Shown piece after piece: positions 1 to 11,960 of a stretch of 64,000 nucleotides of DNA. Position 1 is the first letter of the stretch. Each line of letters starts with the position of its first letter. Location: the NCBI GenBank assembly GCA_032718475.1, contig JAUCBJ010007345.1, positions 30,294-94,293 of the forward strand, written 5' to 3'. This DNA is from Nemertoderma westbladi (taxonomy: Eukaryota > Animalia > Xenacoelomorpha). The notes beneath the pieces are model-generated. The model saw only the letters and a list, made by a program, of their open reading frames with translations, did not search any database and was not told where the DNA came from. The position numbers and the translations under genes were made by a program.

Positions 1-639
1 CGAAGCTGGTGAAAAGTTTGAAATACGGCTAAATCGGCATAATCCCTACGAAATTATGTCTTTCTTTATTGTAATGATTTCAAAAGAATCCTTTGTCAAA
101 ACTGAAGAATCAACAGATAATGTTCAATATGTTGATAATATCATTGATTCTTGACTTTTCCCCCTATATTATAAATATTTTATGATTATTTTTAAAATTT
201 TGATCTTTTCAATTAGGAAAAAAAAAAAAATCAAATTTTAAATAATCGTAAATTGTAGTAGTATTTGTATATACAGTATATCGGATTTGTTTGTTTGTTG
301 TGTATTGAGGTAATTATTTTCAATTTACTTTAAAATTTGGAAAATGGATATTTTAAACGAAAAATGTTCAGTTTGCTAATCTAAGTTATTGCAACATCGA
401 GATTATTATAAATGTGAAAATAAATGCCGCCGATGTTACCAATCATTATTTCATGTATAAAGATGCTCACCATGCTTGAAATTACATCAGTCTATACTAT
501 AATTGGAAATAGCACCTTTTGCACTCTAATACAGTAGTTGCATCAATTTATTGTTATATACATAGTAATGGTGATGGTTCATTGATATTTATATTATATT
601 ATATTATATTGTATTGTTGATATATCTTAATAATAATAA

Positions 640-1314
640 ATGGCTGACTTTAATTCAGGTCCATATAATTTAAACTTTCAAATGGGAACGAGTATGATAA
701 TTTCTGGACCATCTGGTTCTGGAAAATCAACTTTTGTGGGTAATTTAATTGAACACAAGAATGGTTGTTTCAACGAAGCCCCCTTGCGAGTATTGTATTG
801 TTACGGGAGTAATCCCCCGACTATTCCCGGTATTACTCACCTTTACAAAGGTTTGCCAGAAAATATAGATAGTTTAGTGAATAGTCGAGATTTATTAATT
901 ATAGATGATTTGTTAACAGAAACTGAGTCCAGTACAGCTTTAACTGTATTGTTTACTAAGGTAGCTCATCATTCCAATATATTTATTTGTTTTATAACGC
1001 AAAACATGTTTTACGGTGGGAAGCATAACCGCACAAGATCAATTAATAGCTGTACCTTAGTATTAATGAAAAATCCGCAAGACAGTTTATCGGTTTTAAA
1101 TTTCGCGAAGCAGATGTTACCAGGGCAGACCAAATTTTTAGTTGATTCCTATCAAGATGCGACTATTGAACCATTTTCACATTTCCTTATTGATTTACGA
1201 CAGGAAACACCCGAACATTTAAGATTTAGATCTGATATATTTCGTAATCATAATTGTTACATTAAAAATTACATTGACTATAAACGTAGCGAAAATAATA
1301 ATAATAATAATTAA
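640..1314 (+). CDS. FtsK/A32-like DNA packaging ATPase
   Basis: Walker A GPSGSGKS, Walker B LLIIDD, ITQN and R..S.N...LVLMKNP motifs typical of Polinton ATPases. Confidence 0.92.
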   Translation: MADFNSGPYNLNFQMGTSMIISGPSGSGKSTFVGNLIEHKNGCFNEAPLRVLYCYGSNPPTIPGITHLYKGLPENIDSLVNSRDLLIIDDLLTETESSTALTVLFTKVAHHSNIFICFITQNMFYGGKHNRTRSINSCTLVLMKNPQDSLSVLNFAKQMLPGQTKFLVDSYQDATIEPFSHFLIDLRQETPEHLRFRSDIFRNHNCYIKNYIDYKRSENNNNNN

Positions 1315-1347
1315 TATTTTGTAACAATTTTCAATAATGTTGCAACA

Positions 1348-1731
1348 ATGAATAGACTTGTGCAGAAATATCGTAACGAATTGGAATTTCTACGCAGCGC
1401 TACCCCTCAACAAAGAACTTATTTTATTAACCATACCGCGAGTAACAAATTAATACGGTTTATTGTAAATACTGCATTAAATGTTCTAAAAGGTAACGTA
1501 CAATTGACCCCTCATTCATTTAGAAATATTCGCCGCTATAAAAAGGTATTAAAATCACTCAACCGTAAAACAAAAAATATATCAAGTTACAGAAAAAAGT
1601 TAAGCAATCAATCTGGAGGCATACTACCGTTTCTAATACCCTTACTCGGCATTGGTGCGAAACTCGCCGCGAGTGCTGGTGTTGCCGCCGCTGGTGCGGC
1701 TATTGCGAAAAAAATTAACCGCGGACGGTAA
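1348..1731 (+). CDS. Basic virion core protein precursor (pX/pVII-like)
   Basis: K/R-rich, QSGG-ILPFLIPLL adenain-type cleavage site then hydrophobic tail; position after ATPase. Confidence 0.65.
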   Translation: MNRLVQKYRNELEFLRSATPQQRTYFINHTASNKLIRFIVNTALNVLKGNVQLTPHSFRNIRRYKKVLKSLNRKTKNISSYRKKLSNQSGGILPFLIPLLGIGAKLAASAGVAAAGAAIAKKINRGR

Positions 1732-1952
1732 TAATGGTTAAAACAGGAGTAACATTTAGAAAATTATATTTAGTATCGAGTAAACCGTTAGCTACTGATT
1801 TAAAACCTCAAGATATACCTAGAGTAAATACTACAAAAAGAAAACCCTTTAAAACATCAACTTCAAAGAAAATAAAAAAATTTCAGTTGTTTTTACGGTG
1901 ATGCCCTTTATAAGAGATTTGAATATACATATTACTTGCGGTTGTCGATAAG

Positions 1953-3030
1953 ATGCCACGCAAGATGAGACCGATTTTAAGCCAAAGTTTAGACAAAAAA
2001 CTGTTAAGAATTTATTTAGATCCTTCATCCCCTGCGGGTTTTGCAAGTATCGCAAAATTAGCAAAAGCCGCAAACATCAAACCAGTTCAAGCCCAGAAAT
2101 GGTTGAGCGTCAAAAGACATACTCCCTTCACGCACCACGTAGACATCATTATCCAACATCTAAAATATTTACGGGAGGGTAAAAAGATATATATATGATA
2201 GATCTGGTGGATATGCAGCAATATAAATCACAAAATAATAATTATAACTATATATTAACATGTATTGATGCCTTTAGCCGGCTTCCTTTTGCCTATGGTA
2301 TGAAGACAAAAACAGGTATTGAAATTATTAGTATATTGGAAAAAATATTCCAGAAGGGTAAACCAAACAGAATCGCGACTGATTAAGGTTCTGAGTTTCT
2401 AAATAAATCTGTAAGGAAATATTTAGATACTATTGGTATACAGTATATTCGCTATACAATAGCTATTGTCGAGAGATTCAATAGAACATTAAAAACAAAG
2501 ATGTTCAAAATTTTCACGCAACGGGGAAATAATGTTTGGATAAAAATTTTACCGAAGCTTATCTTGGCTTATAATAGGTCATATCATAGGACAATACAAA
2601 TGACGCCTATTGAAGTTAATAAATTTAATGAAACTGAATTAATAAATAGATTATATGGGAAATATAGACAGATTAATCACAAGAAAATAAAATTTTGATA
2701 GTTGGAGATACAGTACGATTATCTGTCGCTCATACTGCTTTTGCTAAAGGCTATCGAGAACAATGGACACGTGAATTATTTATTATTCATCGGGTCAGAT
2801 TGGATAGAGTACCAGCGGTAATGTTCGATATTAAGGACAGCGCAGGTGCTATAATAAATGGGTCATTTTATTCATACAAACTCCAAAAGGTCCACCCGAA
2901 TAGTAATATTTATCTTCCGATGGACAAAAATATTGGCAAACTTAAAGAACATGTGCGCAATGGGAAAAAAAAATATTTAGTCCGATTTATCGGATCCAAG
3001 AAACAGTCGTGGGTACAGCATATTCAATAA
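1953..3030 (+). pseudogene. Polinton retroviral-like (DDE) integrase with C-terminal chromodomain-like region
   Basis: Fragments YLDPSSPAGF, DLVDM..YILTCIDAFSR, TD*GSEF, VERFNRTLK, YNRSYHRTI, KGYREQWT, KYLVRF; split by frameshifts and a stop. Confidence 0.92.
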
Positions 3031-3285
3031 GTTTTTAGTTTTATTAATTCATTTTGGTCGCATATGACTGTAATTAATCAATATTACCTTGAATGATATT
3101 ACTATACTATACTGTAAGTCTAATATCTATAGTTCATTCGCTTTAAATAAAGCCAGTAAAATATTGATTCCTCCCATATACTGTAGAAGCGGCAATGAAC
3201 GTGGTCACAGATGTCTATAATTTAACATTATACCATACTGTATGTACAAAGGAGTCAAGTAGAGAGAGCTTAAATAATAATAATA

Positions 3286-4105
3286 ATGGCTGTAGATACA
3301 TATATCACTCTACTTTCAGATAGCTCATTAAACACTTACCCCAATAATAACCCTAGCGAGTTTACTGTTGATTTAGCCGAAGAATTATATATTGGTCCAA
3401 ACGCTAAAATTGGGCTTGCTGAGATTCAATATCAAGCAACATACAGTAATATTACCCTGCAAACTCAAATCTTGCTGTCAATCGGGGTAGATGCAAAAGA
3501 TGCTAAATTATACAGTTTATTTCCTGGTATGCATAGCTCTATTCAAGTCATTATTGATGATATAAATAAACTGTTTAATTCTGAAGCAAAATATAGAGAT
3601 TTTGAATTCATTTTTAATACAAATAATTCTAGAATTAAATTTAAATTTCCTAAAAAGTTGAAAAAAATACAATTAAGTCTATGTGGTGATTTAATTCAAA
3701 TTCTAGGCTTAAAACAATTATTGAGGAGATGAATTAAGCAATATAGAACAGCCGATATTAATTTTAAATTATAGTGGACCAAAAATTTCGGCAATTGGGA
3801 TTTTAGATTTTCCTGATCCCACGAATATAACTCGTAATAAAGATACAATCTTCATATATACAGATATTATTAAGAGCTCATTTGTTGGTGACGCTTTAGC
3901 TCCGCTCTTAAGAACCTGTCTTTTAACACAATTAAATAGAAAATATGTTAATCACGAATACGAGAGCATTTGCTATTACCCATTGTTGAATAAAAAACTA
4001 AAAACAATCCTAATTACTTTACGTGACGGCCAAGGCGAATTAATTAATTTCAACGGTGGTCGCACTGTTATAACACTTAAGTTAATACGTGGTGAAGATG
4101 GATGA
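3286..4105 (+). pseudogene. Minor capsid (penton-like) protein 1, frameshifted
   Basis: N-term YITLLSDSS..YPNN..SEF; after the frameshift IFIYTDII...VGD..APLLR...YYP...ITLRD..G..I.F. Confidence 0.82.
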
Positions 4106-4941
4106 ATTCTATGTTAGGCTACCAAGTAACTCCTGTCCAGTTGATTTTCCACGTAATACCGGTAGTAATTATCAGATCAATTTCCATGGTGCCTTACCTA
4201 TAAATCCAAACGAAAACTGGGTGGTAGGTATAAAATGTATATTTTACTTAGCCACGTTACCGTCCATGTATAACAATGTAGAGAATGTTATTTTATTAAA
4301 AAAAGGGAAAAAAATTTTGAGGATACACTTCCATCCGGTTTGTTCTACAGTATCAATGACATTATAGATTATTTTAACAGTGGAGCATTGAAAGATAAAT
4401 TACAAATAGTTGAAAATACTCAGCGAAATAGGTTCCAATTTATTTTAGGGAAAACTGTGCGAGAGTTATTTATAGGTCAACAATTAGCCTATTATTTTGG
4501 AATTACTGAAAATAATCTTGGTGCAAATTTAAATCCAAATTTTAAAATTATTTTGAAGACAAAAAATAATATAAAGGGTTATTTAATAAAGATTATCGGA
4601 AATGAAGAAAAAGCTTACCAGATGGTATTTTTATGTCCTCAACCACCCAACTCTATTCCAGAACCTAAATCGAACATGTACATGACTACTAATATAATTG
4701 AAAATGAATATATTAATGATTTTGGCTTAGCTTTACTTCGTCGCGTGGCGATACCTGATGACGTGAAATATGGTAGTGTAATAAATAAAGAATTTGCCAG
4801 GGATACAATTCATTATATCCCTGTAAAAAATCATATAAGATAACATACATTCATATTGAAATAACAGACAAAGAAGGAAAAGATTTGAATTTTGAATACG
4901 GCACAACTTCTATTACCTTACACTTTAAAAAAATAAATTAA
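4098..4941 (+). pseudogene. Minor capsid (penton-like) protein 2, frameshifted
   Basis: FYVRLPSNS..DFPRN..SNY start; LLRRV..HYIPV..IEITD..G..LNF.YG..ITLHF end; start overlaps penton 1 stop. Confidence 0.8.
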
Positions 4942-4942
4942 A

Positions 4943-5380
4943 ATGGATTCCGATTTATTTCAAATATACAGTAAACCACAATATGGCGGTGCAGACTCTA
5001 ATCTTGCTGTTTTTAAAGGTGGTAGAAGTACGAGAGGCTCGACACAAGTTCCTGTTTTTCGAGGTGGTTCATATATTGACCCTTATGGTCAACAAATTGG
5101 TGCATTTGGTCCAAACTTAAAACAACGTCGATTTCAACGTTATCGTAGAGGTATGAGGACAAATCAACATGGGGAAGGTATATTTACAGACGCTTTATCT
5201 ACATTGAAAAAATTTGGTAAGCCATTAGCAAAAACCATCAACAAGATCAGTTGTATAAAAAGTTTATGGAGATTTAAAGCGACCGACTAGACCAATGTCT
5301 ATGAACATACATCATCGTCGTAGTAAAAATAGAAAAATAAAAAAAGGCAAACTGAAACACTGCGAAAAAAGTATTTTTTA
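4943..5380 (+). pseudogene. Gly/Arg-rich core protein precursor (pVII-like)
   Basis: QYGG, VFKGG/VFRGG, QHGEGIF motifs, basic tail; directly upstream of MCP. Confidence 0.65.
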
Positions 5381-5383
5381 ATA

Positions 5384-6632
5384 ATGTCAATTATTAAGGA
5401 ATTAGATTTATTTTCTACACAGCCAATACAGACTGAATTTAAAGCAAAGCATTATGAAACAATTTACCCGGTATCTAATCTCAGAAGCGAGTCTAGGGAA
5501 GTCACGTTTCTTGTACCGAGATCCAATGAATTCTATACGAAACTGCAAGATGCGTTATTAATTACAAAATGTACTGTACGGTGGGATAGACGACTTGAAA
5601 ACTCCCATATTTATATGTTGAATTACCCTTCTGGGACTATGTGGAGTGATATTAAAATAGACCTTAATGAGAAGCAGGTTGAAAATAGCAATAACCATTA
5701 TTTCTACAAGTCGTACTTATCCAATTTATTATTTACTACATACGAATAAAAAAATGGGCTTCTGGGGGCGGGCGGCTTTCGTCAGCCTTTATCCGAACAC
5801 GGAAATGAAATTAATCCTGGTGCGCATCCTATTGGTGAGGCCTTTAGTAAACAAATGCAATTTGTAAGTGGATTGACGATTGATTTTGATACTGAAAGTA
5901 AAATAATACAACCCGGGTATGATTTAAGAATGCATTTTAGAAAAGTATCAAATTTGTTTATTTTTAAAATCACTCCAAACGCAAACGCTGTGACAAATCT
6001 TCGGCTAGAATTAGATGAAGTAAAGATCCTAATCCCTAGAATGGAGGTTAATCCAGTAATAGAAAGCAGTCACCTAAAAGGTTTAGAGAGTTATGATATT
6101 AAATATCAATTCCAAAAAAAGGAGGTTACAACATTTACTATTCCCGCTCAAACCACAAATTACACCCAAACAAACATATTTGATGGTAAAAAACCCAAAT
6201 TAGTTATTATTGGTTTTATAACAAATAACGCATATTCGGGAGAATTAATTAGTAATCCCTTGAAATTTGAACATTTTAACCTTAGACGCGCGGAACTGAT
6301 TGTAGACGATCTTCCAGTAGGTGGTGTAATATACGAGCCTAATTTTACAGATGGAACATACATTTTTGAGTATACTCAATTAATGAAAAATATTAATACA
6401 TATATTAACGGTTATGGAGGTAATAATATAGACCATGAAACCTACTTAGGTAATATCCTGGGACCTAACTGCCGATGGCTATGTTAGAGATCCTCAGCCA
6501 TCGATATATACTAACGGACAATTAAAATTAAGATTTGCCGAACCGTTGGTTGAGACCATAAATGTAATCGTTTTTATTATTTATGATCAATCATTAAGTT
6601 TAAATAGAAGGAAAGAAATACATATCGATTAA
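5384..6632 (+). pseudogene. Double jelly-roll major capsid (hexon-like) protein
   Basis: ELDLFS..PIQT..Y..IYP start, Y.YKSY, PK.VIIGF...AY.G....NP..F.HF, end INVIVF..YD..L.L; stop at 5749 and frameshifts. Confidence 0.88.
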
Positions 6633-6634
6633 GT

Positions 6635-7330
6635 ATGTTATCTACAGAGGACCTTGATATGTTTCCAGTGGGTGGTCACTATTTGGGAGCGTTTCCATCT
6701 AATAAATTACCTAAATTAGATAATAATAATAATAATAAGCGGAGAGACTATGGGTTAATAGTAAATACCAATAAAGAGCATCTACCCGGTGTTCATTGGA
6801 TAGCTATATATATACGAGATAATGATGCTGAATTTTTTAATTCGTTTGGACCAAAATATCCAAACAGATGTATCGAAAAATGGCTTGAGAAAAATTCAGC
6901 AAGGTGGTGTACTACTACGGTCTTGTACTTTGGCAGCCTCATGGAGTGAATAAGCATGGTGGACAGCCCATGACTTTCTTGAGACGCATCTTAAAGGACA
7001 CTGGCCTTAAAGATGCGGATGATCTAGCAAATGTCATGGGTGATAGGGAGTTGTGGCGGTGCAATTTTGTTGACAAGCCGGCACAGCATTCTTAAAAATG
7101 CAGCTGCAATGCAGCATGCCGATCCTAGAAGTAGTAGTAGTAGTACAATTCGCAAACAATTTCAAGACCCTAGAAGGACCACATGCGGGTTATACTGTCT
7201 TTATTACTTGGTAAATCGAATTCACACAAACTATCCAATGAGAGCGTTTACAAATAATGTGGAAATAAATGAAATAATATTATATAAATGGCTTGTTAAT
7301 TATTATAAAATAAACCAACAAGCATTGTAA
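6635..7330 (+). pseudogene. Adenain-like cysteine maturation protease interrupted by LINE 3' fragment
   Basis: IVNT...PGVHWIA, FFNSFG, Q...TTCGLYC; uninterrupted paralog at 33613-34038. Confidence 0.9.
6919..7146 (+). mobile_element. 5'-truncated RTE-clade LINE 3' end with (AGT)n tail
   Basis: Near-identical (reverse complement) to 53365-53585, which is contiguous with an RT ORF; absent from the protease paralog. Confidence 0.85.
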
Positions 7331-7374
7331 TTAATCATTTAACTTTTGTTTATCTAAATATATTATCAGATAAA

Positions 7375-7924
7375 ATGGATAATATTATTTTTGTTGATTT
7401 TCAATATTATACGATAGACAATATGGAATATCCGGTAGTATTTAAAGAATTTGCTATATTCGATTCTAATTACACCAAAACTAATGTAAAGACGTTTTTA
7501 ACTAAAGGACCTCCTAATATTAAGTTATCAGCATTAGATAAGCATTAACATTTCGCAAGATGACTTTAAAAAGTACATGAAGAGACATTTAAAATATAAA
7601 AAAAATATATATGTATTCGGGTTGATGAAGCAAGCAATATTAATTTCCCAACTTGATGTACTTGCACCAAATTCAATGGAGAAATTGGGAATATATCAGC
7701 GATATTACAACTATTTAACCCCTTGTCCCTTCCACGATCAATTTACTACAGTAGAAAATAAATGCGCTTACCACTTAAACACAAAGGATAACTGTCTGCG
7801 GTACTGCTCTGCAAAACGAGTCGGAGGGTATGAATTAAAGCAATTTTTCGTGAGAAAGCATTTAACTGAGACAGATGATAAACAGAAAGAAATAACTGCG
7901 GTAGAAGATGTACTCGTACAGTAG
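7375..7924 (+). pseudogene. Polinton DEDD/DnaQ-like protein with C-terminal Cys/His cluster
   Basis: IIFVDFQ..VFKEFA..PP; CPFH..CAYH..CL.YCS; internal deletion relative to 34083 copy. Confidence 0.6.
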
Positions 7925-8049
7925 GTTTACTCTAAGCATGTAATGTGATGGGATAATATAATTGTTTTAATGTCAATAAAAATAATAAAAATATTAAAAT
8001 CTATTTTTATATCTCAGTTTGACTGAAGGTGAGTGGTTTAGGTTTACAC

Positions 8050-9105
8050 CAAGGTGTACTAAATAACAGGTCATGCAGCGAGTGGATTCCTGAAATTAGC
8101 GGAGGCCGATCATTTCACTATTTATGACACTATTTTCATAATATTTCCTTAGAAACTTCTTATGTGCTTCTTTGGTAAGGTGGATATGATGACTAGGGTT
8201 CATAAAAATGTAATAAAATGTCTTTCTGGAATTTTTATCTTGTAGTTGCCAAGGTAACCGGGTGCAAAGTTCAAACTTTGCGCGCCTGTATTTCAAGGCG
8301 ACAATGGATTCTTCCCTTGAGATTTGGTAGGTGATTAAAGGAAATCAAAGTCTATCAAAATATTTTACATTTTAATTTGTTTACATTCCCGTTGCCATGG
8401 AAATAAGTATAATGAAAAATTTGAGAAATTGTCTGCCAATTCTATAAAACACCATTTTTATTAGGTTTGTCAGTCTAAATAATAAGTTAAAATTGCCAAC
8501 ACTTTATTTTATAATTCGTCAAGTGTGAATCATATTTTTAAAAGTCATCATTTGCCAATAAACTAAACTGTCCAATCAGAGAGCAAGACATGTGATAGCA
8601 TGATGTTGACATTCCAGAATATTAAATTTCGGTTAGCAATTATTAGAAATAAAGGACAGACACCAGGCATTTTTGTTGAAAATTATATAAGTAGTAAATA
8701 GTAGCCCAATTTCTATCTGGCGGTCATAATGGGAAATTATCGTAATTCCCGTCACCATGGAAACGGGATTGAAAAAAAATGAAAATGTAAAATATTTTGA
8801 TAGACTTTTATTCCCTTTGCTTATATACCAAATCTCAAGAACAGAATCCCTTGTCGTCTTGAATTACAGGCGCTCGAAATTTGAACATTGCACCCGGTTA
8901 CCTTGGCAACTACAAGATAAAAATTCCAGAAAGACATTTTATTTCATTGCTATGAATCCTAGTCATCATATCCACCTAACCAAAGTTGCATAAGATGGGT
9001 TTCTAATGAAATATTATGAAAATAGTGTCATAAATAGGGAAACGATCGGCCTCCGCTAATTTCAGCAATCAGCTCGCTGCATGACCTGTTATTTAGTACA
9101 CCTTG
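8050..9105. mobile_element. Non-autonomous DNA transposon, P-element-like (about 350-bp TIRs, 8-bp TSD)
   Basis: Ends CAAGGTGTACTAAATAACAGG / CCTGTTATTTAGTACACCTTG; TSD GTTTACAC at 8042-8049 and 9106-9113; empty site at about 34810; superfamily inferred. Confidence 0.85.
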
Positions 9106-10080
9106 GTTTACACTCACAAACACACTGCAGCTACCGGTAGCCGGCTGTTGTATCTGAGTTTAACTACCAGTAGCTGACTTTACACATACAGACATATAAC
9201 AACAACGCTAAACTGTAGCACAGCAGAATGGAATGGCTCCCCTTCTAGACTGACAGCACCCGCAGCGCTTTAGCAATACTTACTAGTAATAAAATTAAAT
9301 TAACTCGACATGTGGTTTGTGAATGCAGCATTAGAGAGGCCCTCCTAACAATAGACCTACTGGTACCAGCACTGTAGCACTCTTGTAACTGTATACTTGG
9401 ATAGAGCAAGGGCATGCTGGTTTCTTCGATTTAAGGATTAGGCTATTACACTTGAATGCTTCCAATTTTCTGTTTACAACTTTAATTGCTCTAATCTACA
9501 TTACAGCGGGCTACTACTGTCGCATAGGTAAGCCTATACAGCTATAGTTAACTTTACGCGGTCCCTTTTTTTTCAAATGTTGACCCAATATGGTTTACGG
9601 TTAACCTTTAGAACTCATGGACAGACGCACCTTCATTCGGTTAGGTATATAGGCCTAATGACTCCGCAACTGAAAGCTGACTAGCTCACGGATACAATAG
9701 GTGTGGTTAGGTACTGGTAGCGCTATAGGCCCTATAAAATCCCCTCGCACTCTCAGCTACTAACTTTCAACATTCACTCTATGTCAGTATGTTGTATGCT
9801 TTACAGTTAACCTCTAGAACACATAGTCAGGCGCCCCTTCATTCAACCAGTCATATAAAGGCTCCACTCGGATACAATAGGTGTGGCTCGCGGTATATAA
9901 AATTCACCACTCACAAGTTCATTCATTCACTTCATGTTGTAGGTCTATATAAAACATAGTTAGTTTATTTATGTATTCGCTTTTTTTTTAATACAATACA
10001 AAAAACCTACTGATACCGGTAACACATTAACACTGTACCAAACACACGTGACTAATTATAGGCCTATACGAGTCTACTTG

Positions 10081-10330
10081 TTAATGGTGTATTCTTGGAT
10101 CTGTTGGAAGTAGTAGAGTCGGAGCAGGAGCTACTGATATTTCTTCTTCTTGTTCTTCCCAGTGCTCACCCCTACTATAATTGTCCAGACTTATCTGGTG
10201 AGCTTCTCCCGGTTGGACCCGAACGTTTAAATTAAAGTTTTTATTTGTTGTCAATGTAGTTTGTCTACCTTCGCCGCTCGGTTTATTCTTAACCATTATA
10301 GTAATTTCGCCGTTGTTATTTTTCAAATGT
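10081..10330 (-). pseudogene. 3' part of small family A accessory gene, unknown function
   Basis: Homologous to 35575-35830 (GEGRQTT.TTNKNF..NV); 5' part replaced by LTR element. Confidence 0.6.
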
Positions 10331-11377
10331 AATGGAATTATTCTGTGTTTCAGACTTTAGCCAAACATTAGAACGGCTTTGATCACCAGAACGTATAACT
10401 GTTACCCTGTCATACCTGGCACCTCAAACTTACACACCGCATTATTTTACTGTTATTTACTGTCAGTGTTTATTAATTGTATTGGTTCATGGAAGATTGT
10501 TATATTTGGATATTATCGATAACTAATCATAAAACCCCATCTTCTTGATATACTGAAGGTAAGAGACCGGTTACATATAGCAATTGCGACTTATATGATA
10601 TTGGTTTTGGAGTGAATCTAATGCTATTTCATAGGCACTGCATGGGTCAATTGCTGTTCTCTTTATATGTGACTAAAATTAGTAAAGGTCGGCAGATCAG
10701 TGTGCAGTATTGTGCGGTATCTGTAGTGTGCATGATTGTGACAGATAACAAAGCCATCCCGTTGTGTTTAGTGTAAGTCATAGCTCTGTTTATATATTTA
10801 GAGCGCCACGTCCTAAAGGAACTGTTAATATTTCCCGAAAGTGAATAATATTTGTCAGAGATTATATATTAACGATCAATCGAATAATACAGTAGGCATA
10901 CACCGCAATAAGGTCAGAGCTTCCGAATCCAGTCTCCCGGGTATATCCAGCGGGTGAATGGTCGCGCATAGGCTGGCTTCGGCTAATGTAGTGTATCAAA
11001 TACTCGTCATAGGCTAAAGTCGATTTACAAACTAAAAGACACCTAAATTTGGCAGGTTAAACTGCTAAAGGTCTAAAAGCGCGAACAGTAACAGTTATTG
11101 CTTCTTTATTGCAGTAAGCAATAAAGTTGAAAAGTACCGGTCGACCGGTAACCAGTAGGCCCAACTACCTAACCACCCGGACCGGTACTTACAACAGTAT
11201 AGTAGTCTCGGTATATCAGTATTATTCGATTTTGATAATTATATACCGGTAGGTCTTGATGGTTAATCAGGGACTGCAGCCCTGGTTTTTCATTAGGATT
11301 TTACTTATTTCTGTCAGTTTTATTTATTTGTTGGCTAATATTGAGCAGAAGGCGTGTAAGCCTGCTCAGATCGTACA

Positions 11378-11960
11378 GATAATTTGTAGGCTAGACTGTT
11401 GTCTGACTGTTGTTAGGTCTGAACGGATTGCAGTGCATGTAGAGTGTATGTCCGATAAAGTGCCGGTTAGGAACGTAGGGGCATCCAGTGCTGTAAGGTA
11501 AATCCCCCCCGAAAGAATAAGTCGTACTACTCGGTTAGAACGCATACTAACTAACCATTTCGGAGTCTGCATGTCCTGTAGTTTATTTAGGCTTGATAGT
11601 AGTCTGCCAGCGTTTGGTCTGTACTTTGTTTGTGTAGTCTGTACAGGTACCGTAATATTTCTTATTCAGATAATTTGTAGGCTAGATTGTTGTCTGGCTG
11701 TTGTTAGGTCTGAAGAAATTGTAGTGTGTGTGGAGTGTATGTCCGATAAAGTGCCGGTTAGGAACATAGGGGCATCCAGTGCTGTAAGGTAAATCCCCCC
11801 CGAAAGAATAAGTCGTACTACTCGGTTAGAACGCATACTAACTAACCATTTCGGAGTCTGCACATACTGTAGTTTATTTAGGCTTGATTGTAGTCTGCCA
11901 GGGTTTGGTTTGTATTTTGTTTGAGTAGTCTGTACGGGTAGCGTAATATTTATTATTCAG
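11378..11960. repeat. Two tandem copies of a 291-bp unit
   Basis: Near-identical blocks offset by 291 bp (paired ORF starts 11572 and 11863). Confidence 0.9.

Larger units (their letters stand above)
640..10330 (+). mobile_element. Polinton/Maverick (adintovirus-like) endogenous virus, family A, morphogenesis/integrase block, decayed
   Basis: Compact co-oriented array ATPase-core-integrase-penton-penton-core-MCP-protease-DEDD-like; many stops/frameshifts; no termini seen. Confidence 0.93.

Noticed and set aside
345-470. Small Cys-rich ORF upstream of the ATPase
   Set aside because: Contains in-frame stops and is too short to support a call
640-7924. Bacterial prophage or plasmid operon
   Set aside because: Gene set (rve integrase, adenain protease, DJR capsid, pPolB) and interspersed eukaryotic TEs indicate a Polinton
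8096-8993. Two similar ORFs on opposite strands (8096-8296, 8757-8993) as genes
   Set aside because: They are the two TIR arms of one MITE
11256-11863. Paired short ORFs as duplicated genes
   Set aside because: By-products of the 291-bp tandem repeat in a retrotransposon leader; no motifs
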